A DNA stretch of 64,000 bases from Candidatus Latescibacterota bacterium (GTDB lineage Bacteria > Latescibacterota > UBA2968 > GCA-2709665), in NCBI GenBank assembly GCA_965248435.1, contig OZ252100.1, positions 4,896,001 through 4,960,000 of the forward strand, read 5' to 3'. Positions 58,956 through 64,000 of the stretch are shown piece by piece. Each line of letters starts with the position of its first letter. Positions within the stretch are counted from its first letter, which is position 1. The notes beneath the pieces are model-generated. The model did not search any database. It saw nothing but the letters and a program-made list of their open reading frames with translations, and was not told the DNA's origin. The position numbers were made by a program, and so were the translations under genes.

Positions 58956-59801
58956 GTGGTCACTCGCTCAGACCCTCGACTCAGCCGCTTCGATCCGCTG
59001 CCTCAGATCCACTACTTCGATGATTTCGACGTGGGTCTGCAGGGATGGACAGCGCTGATCGGGAACTACGAGGAGACGCTGGATTCCGTGCTGCCCGGAT
59101 ACCGGGACTTCGGACCTCCCATGCTCAGCAATGCCACGATGTGGGACACCGGATCGGCCGGTGCCTTCGACGGCACATATGCCATGAAGCTGGTTACGAG
59201 GCCGAAGTCGGGGTGCATGACGACCGCGGTAAAACGTGTGACCTGGCGCCATCAAGGCCCGATTCAGCTGGAGGCCTATGTGACGTTCAAACCGGAGGCG
59301 TCGGAATTGCGGCTTTCCGAGCTGGACGTGAGGTCGTTCGGCGTTTTGTTCGACCTGCACGACGCCACGCGGCGGGTGATGCCGCACCTGCGTTATCTGA
59401 ATGCGCTGGACGGACAGCCGGTCGCTCGCTGGCAGTATAAGAAGGAGCTGGAGACCGCCGAGGAGATCGGGACGTCGGGGAAGACCCGATCCCATCATCA
59501 CCTGGCGCCGGAGGGCTGGCTGGACGTGCCGGGCGAGCCCCAGCCCCTCTGTTACAACGAGATCGCGACGAAGCAGAACTGGCACTATATAAAGGTAGGG
59601 TTCGATCTGGCGTCGATGACCTACCTGAGTTTCCAGTGCAATGACCGGGAGTATGATGTCTCCGAGATCGCCCCGATGTCTATGCCTGCGTGGTCGAATC
59701 TCTGGTGTATGCTGAATGTAGTCTTCTTTTTGGAGACGGATCTGGACAAGAGGGCGTTTCTGTATGTGGATTCGGTGTTGGTTTCGGGGGAGACGGACTG
59801 A
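58956..59801 (+). CDS. Conserved hypothetical protein (DUF6772-like, recalled from memory)
   Basis: RBS gaggag; clean ORF coupled to the next gene. Confidence 0.7.
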   Translation: MVTRSDPRLSRFDPLPQIHYFDDFDVGLQGWTALIGNYEETLDSVLPGYRDFGPPMLSNATMWDTGSAGAFDGTYAMKLVTRPKSGCMTTAVKRVTWRHQGPIQLEAYVTFKPEASELRLSELDVRSFGVLFDLHDATRRVMPHLRYLNALDGQPVARWQYKKELETAEEIGTSGKTRSHHHLAPEGWLDVPGEPQPLCYNEIATKQNWHYIKVGFDLASMTYLSFQCNDREYDVSEIAPMSMPAWSNLWCMLNVVFFLETDLDKRAFLYVDSVLVSGETD

Positions 59802-60130
59802 TGCTTAACCGCAGTCATACTGCCGTCGTGGAGCTGAACCGGGTCTGGAAGGGGGCGTTCGAGACCGAGCCGTACGAGGCGGCATGGGCACGGGAGGCGA
59901 TCTTCTTCGTCCGAGTCCTGGAGACGACCGGACCGGAGCAGCGGGCTCGTGTTCAGATTTCACCGGATGGGATGCGCTGGTGTGACGAGGGGACAGAGGT
60001 TTCGGTTCCGGGAGAGGCGGGTGTGAGTTTCGCGAAGGTCGGGCATTTCGGGACTTACCTCAGGCTTGCGGGAGAATTGCCCGAGGGTGTGGAGGTCAAG
60101 GTGATTGTCTACCTGGTGTTGAAGGAATAG
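59801..60130 (+). CDS. Small conserved hypothetical protein (DUF6385-like, recalled from memory)
   Basis: TEPYEAAWA.EA.FF, VQISPDG..W.DEG, HFG..LRL; TGATG coupling. Confidence 0.72.
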   Translation: MLNRSHTAVVELNRVWKGAFETEPYEAAWAREAIFFVRVLETTGPEQRARVQISPDGMRWCDEGTEVSVPGEAGVSFAKVGHFGTYLRLAGELPEGVEVKVIVYLVLKE

Positions 60131-60148
60131 AGATGAAATTATTTTCCG

Positions 60149-60203
60149 GTAGAGACGCCCCGACGGGTATCGTATCCGGTAGGAGCCAACTCCGGTTGGC
60201 GAC
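60149..60203 (+). repeat. Two GTAG REP-like units
   Basis: gtagagacgccccg.. and gtaggagccaactccggttggc. Confidence 0.6.
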
Positions 60204-60297
60204 AAAATGATTCACGGTGTTGGCATACAACATTGGCCAAGTGATCACCCAAATCCTCTCCTGTGTCGGGGTGGGTCCAGTCACGATGTCAGAACAA

Positions 60298-60819
60298 CAT
60301 GCCTCCGGCGTCCCGCCCGTCGGCTCGCTGTCTTCGATCACGAACTCGCCGTGGATAATCACGAAGTCGATGCCGACGGGCTTCTGAACGGTTCTACCGG
60401 TACCCTACTTTTCTTGTCTCGCCACAAGAAAAGGGCTACCGCAACCGCCACCCTTGGGCACAGCGCGGCTGTGCCCCTACACTCCAAGATTTCGCCGTAG
60501 GGGCGCGGCGTGCCGCGCCCGAAGGCAAAAGAAGGGCGCCGCTCAGACGCCGCGGGGGCTCGGGCCGCGGCACCTCACCCTCAGTGGAAAGGACGGTGGC
60601 GGCAATCAGGGCGGGACTCCTGCCCCGTCTGACGCCCACTATGGGACCGGCCCAGAGGGCCTAACCGCGTGGGAGGTGAAAGAACGACGTTGCATGGGAG
60701 TCGCACACCGCGGCCCCGATGGTTTTGAGTGATGCATTTCGAGAGTCCCAGGGCCGCCGGCAAGTCAGCGAGTTCTACCAATAGAGCATATTACCTTCCC
60801 CAACATTCGGCGAAGAACC
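60298..60819. mobile_element. Structured non-coding MITE-like element, copy 2, with two insertions
   Basis: Colinear with 31182-31524 apart from inserts at 60311-60403 and 60434-60522. Confidence 0.75.
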
Positions 60820-60862
60820 TTGGAAAAGGGGGATCGAGGGGGATTTCAAAGTACGTCAGGAT

Positions 60863-61636
60863 ATGACTCTACTTATTATCACCGTATCGACGCTGATTCT
60901 TTGCGGATTCTCAAACCCGGGCGCGGAACCGTTCGTGGTCGTGGAGCTGTTCACGTCAGAAGGCTGCTCGAGCTGTCCGCCTGCAGATCAGCTGCTGGGT
61001 GAGATTGCGGAAAAGGCGAAGAAGGAGGGCAGCCGGATCTTTCCGATGGCCTTTCACGTGGATTACTGGAACCGCCTGGGTTGGCACGACCCATTCAGCG
61101 ACGCTGCCTATTCGCAGAGGCAGAGTCAGTACGCCCGCGCGCTGGGCAGTCCGAGGAGGATCTACACGCCCCAGATGATCGTCAACGGCGTGGAGGGGTT
61201 CGTCGGATCGAGAAGGGAACAGGCCTACAACAGCATCAAGAAGATGCTGAAAGATCACGAGACAGACATCGGTCTCGTTCTGGAGGCAGAAATCGATGAG
61301 GATGGGAAGCGAATCGAGGTGAGCTACCGCGTGGAGGGCACACCGGAACGGGCGATTCTGAATATCGCCCTGCTGGAGGACGGAATCGCGAACGAGATAC
61401 CCCGGGGAGAGAACGCGGGACGAAGACTGAGTCACGAGCGGGTCGTGCGGGCATTCAAGACCGTATCTCTGGAAAAATCGGTCAAGGGGACGCTCGAAGT
61501 TTCGATACCGGAATCTATCGATCTGGATCGCATCGGCATCGTGGGGTTCGTGCAGGATCGTGAATCGCTGGCCGTTCTCGGGGCCGGACACGTCCAATTT
61601 CAAGACAGGGGAGAAGAGGTTGGAGAGGACCTTTAG
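60863..61636 (+). CDS. DUF1223 thioredoxin-like exported protein
   Basis: VVELFTSEGCSSCPPAD, FHVDYW..LGW.DPF, YTPQ, GEN.GR.L.H. Confidence 0.92.
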   Translation: MTLLIITVSTLILCGFSNPGAEPFVVVELFTSEGCSSCPPADQLLGEIAEKAKKEGSRIFPMAFHVDYWNRLGWHDPFSDAAYSQRQSQYARALGSPRRIYTPQMIVNGVEGFVGSRREQAYNSIKKMLKDHETDIGLVLEAEIDEDGKRIEVSYRVEGTPERAILNIALLEDGIANEIPRGENAGRRLSHERVVRAFKTVSLEKSVKGTLEVSIPESIDLDRIGIVGFVQDRESLAVLGAGHVQFQDRGEEVGEDL

Positions 61637-62726
61637 GCTCGGCCTTGTCGGATGCGGATCGATGGGCCGGAACCACCTCGACACGGTCGCGCGTCTGCCT
61701 CAGGTCGAGGTCTCGGCGATCTGCGACGTCGTTCCCAAGGCCCTGCAGCAGTCGGGCGAAGCCTACCACGTGGAGGCCCGCTACACCGAATTCGATCGCA
61801 TGTATGACGAAGTGAAACCGGATTTCGTCACCGTAGCCACGCAGACGCGGGGACACCACGCGCCGACGGTGGCCGCTTTGGAGCGAGGGATATCGGTCCT
61901 TTGTGAAAAGCCTATCGCGATCGATCTGGTCGAGGCCGACGAGATGGTCGACGCGGCCGCATCGACGAACGCAAAGTTGGCGGTGAATCACCAGAATCAC
62001 CTCAACCCTGGCATCCTCAAGGCGAAGGCGCTCGTTGAAGAAGGGCGAATCGGTGACATCGTGATGCTCCGGGGTCGCAACAAGGCAGGCCGAAGGAGCG
62101 GCAACGAGTTCATGGAAATGGGTACCCATATCGCGGATATGATGCTTTGTTTCGCAGGCCTGCCTGAATGGGTCGCTGGAACGATCATCACCCAGGGGCG
62201 GCTCGCGGATGGCACCGACATCATGGAAGCGAAAGAGATGTCTCAACGCGACCGTGACTCGGGTCTCGTGATGGGCGATCGGGCGATCGGCCAGTATGGA
62301 TTCGCTGGCGGGATCCTGGGGGAGATCCACTTCCCGGGATACGAGCAGCGAATAGAGCACAACTACGGCGTGGATATCCTCGGAACAGAGGGCCAGCTTT
62401 CGGTGCGGGCGAGGGGTGGGCTTCCTCAGAAGCTGTGGCACCTTCCAAGACCGATGGAAGGCCTGCCTTCGGAGCTGGGAGACTGGCAGGCCGTGGACCT
62501 CCCGGAAGGTGATTCGGGTGACGGGAAGGTAGAGCTATATCGCCGGCTGCTCGACGCGATCGGGAAGGGAGAGGATCCGCCCAGCAGCGGGGAGGAAGGT
62601 CGCCGGGCATTCGAGATGATCCTGGGCATCTATCACTCGCACAGAGCGGGCGGACGCCGGGTATCGATGCCGTTAGATGAACGCAGACACCCACTCGAGG
62701 TCTGGCGGAGCGAACTAGGTTCGTAG
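61620..62726 (+). CDS. Gfo/Idh/MocA family oxidoreductase
   Basis: GLVGCGSMG, CEKP, E.GTH..D. Confidence 0.9.
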   Translation: MERTFRLGLVGCGSMGRNHLDTVARLPQVEVSAICDVVPKALQQSGEAYHVEARYTEFDRMYDEVKPDFVTVATQTRGHHAPTVAALERGISVLCEKPIAIDLVEADEMVDAAASTNAKLAVNHQNHLNPGILKAKALVEEGRIGDIVMLRGRNKAGRRSGNEFMEMGTHIADMMLCFAGLPEWVAGTIITQGRLADGTDIMEAKEMSQRDRDSGLVMGDRAIGQYGFAGGILGEIHFPGYEQRIEHNYGVDILGTEGQLSVRARGGLPQKLWHLPRPMEGLPSELGDWQAVDLPEGDSGDGKVELYRRLLDAIGKGEDPPSSGEEGRRAFEMILGIYHSHRAGGRRVSMPLDERRHPLEVWRSELGS

Positions 62727-62742
62727 ATTTTTTACCTTGAAC

Positions 62743-63792
62743 ATGGCATCTGACACCGTGACAGAGGACAAAGCGAAGGTCCTGGAAGCGGCCATCTCTC
62801 GCCTTCCTCGGATTTCCCTCGCGAGCAGGCCGACACCGCTTGAGGCCATGCCGAGATTGAGCCAGGAGCTGGGAGGCCCTCCCCTCTACATCAAGCGGGA
62901 CGATCTGACCGGGCTGGCCATGGGCGGGAACAAGACCCGCATGCTGGAATTCAACATGGCGGAGGCACTGGAAAAGGGTGCCGAGGTGGTGGTCTTCAGC
63001 GCCGCGGTCCAGTCCAACTACGCCAGGCAGATGGCCGCGGCCTGCGCGAAACTTGGGCTCGAGCTCAGGCTTCTTCTGCGCCCGGAAAAGGAGGGCGATC
63101 GAGAGGGGGCCCAGGGGAACCACCTGCTCCATCGCCTCTTCGGGGCCAAAGTCACGATCCTGGAAGACAATGACATCACCAAGAAGCCTGCGCTCATCGC
63201 TGCGGAGGTGGCGCGCGTGGAGGCGGAAGGACGGAGGCCCTACGTGCTGCGGGGGGACGACGCGATCGATCTGGACGCCATCGCCTATGCGGAGGTCGCG
63301 CTCGAGATCGTGAAGCAGGCCCGGGATCTGGGGATCGGCACGCTCTACATGACGGGTTTGAGCACGACGCAGGCCGGCCTTGTGCTCGGGCTGCGCTTCC
63401 TCGAGAGCCCGATCCGCGTGCAGGGGATCTGCCCGTTTTCGAACATGCCCCAGAGGTTCGCTGAAATGGCACAGATCGCGAACCAGGCGGCCCGGCGGTT
63501 AGATCTTGACATCGAGATGCGTGAGTCGGATTATGAGAACGATGACAGCTTTGTCGGGGAACGGTATGGGATCCCCACTGCCGTCGGGATAAAGGCCATC
63601 AGGACGGTCGCACGATGCGAGGGTATCTTCCTGGATCCCGTCTATACCGGCAAAGGGATGTCGGGGCTGTTTGCGCATATCCGGGAGGGCAGGCTATCGA
63701 ACGACTCGCCGGTCCTTTTCCTGCACACGGGGGGCGCGCCTGCGTTGTTTGCCTACGCCGAAGATCTGGTTCGCGATCAAATTGGTGTGTGA
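62743..63792 (+). CDS. D-cysteine desulfhydrase / ACC deaminase family PLP enzyme
   Basis: PTPL, KRDDLTG..GGNK.R, QSN, LDPVYTGK, FLHTGG. Confidence 0.9.
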   Translation: MASDTVTEDKAKVLEAAISRLPRISLASRPTPLEAMPRLSQELGGPPLYIKRDDLTGLAMGGNKTRMLEFNMAEALEKGAEVVVFSAAVQSNYARQMAAACAKLGLELRLLLRPEKEGDREGAQGNHLLHRLFGAKVTILEDNDITKKPALIAAEVARVEAEGRRPYVLRGDDAIDLDAIAYAEVALEIVKQARDLGIGTLYMTGLSTTQAGLVLGLRFLESPIRVQGICPFSNMPQRFAEMAQIANQAARRLDLDIEMRESDYENDDSFVGERYGIPTAVGIKAIRTVARCEGIFLDPVYTGKGMSGLFAHIREGRLSNDSPVLFLHTGGAPALFAYAEDLVRDQIGV

Positions 63793-63873
63793 GTTTTAGC
63801 GAAAGCGGATTATCTTATTGCAGTACTCCATTCCTTCCGATAGGTCAATGTAGTTTGTCATCCGACCAGCTCG

Positions 63874-63907
63874 GCGATTCTGGAGTAATGCAGTACTGGA
63901 GTATTGG
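63874..63907. repeat. Octamer-repeat element, partial inverted copy 5
   Basis: gcgattctggagtaatgcagtactggagtattgg is the reverse complement of the conserved end. Confidence 0.7.
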
Positions 63908-63934
63908 CAAAAACAAAATCAGGGAGGTTTGACC

Positions 63935-64000
63935 GTGGCACGAAAAGCTCGCAGGAAACCGATGCTCAGGCTGATCGCAGCAGAGTGGACCATGAGGGGG
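63935..64000 (+). CDS. Start of a gene running out of the window
   Basis: ggagg RBS followed by GTG and an open frame to the window edge. Confidence 0.4.
   Translation, partial: MARKARRKPMLRLIAAEWTMRG

Overview
High-GC bacterial chromosomal segment. The gene content (PhyH dioxygenases, GH10-like TIM barrels, Asp-box proteins, GAF histidine kinase) resembles uncultured heterotrophs such as Latescibacterota or Poribacteria, but this is inference only. Positions 1-48.8 kb and 58.9-64 kb are mostly + strand metabolic genes: the end of a caa3-type cytochrome c oxidase operon, aldolases, peptidases, a GH28, a ThDP enzyme with AcoAB-like E1, a rearranged sarcosine-oxidase-like cluster, nrfHA, higBA, proA, tandem GH10-like paralogs split by an intact IS3, and larA. 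The intergenic spaces are full of small repeat families, some nested inside others. The standout region is 48.8-58.6 kb. After integrase and IS debris there is a minus-strand, integron-like gene-cassette array. Single genes are separated by AAC...GTT-bounded hairpin sites of non-canonical geometry, and four gene units plus one outer unit are framed by their own 17-22 bp inverted repeats. One cassette with a canonical attC appears nested inside a non-coding cassette. The array begins just downstream of a co-oriented, inactivated tyrosine-recombinase fragment that does not look like IntI. No rRNA, tRNA or CRISPR array was recognised.
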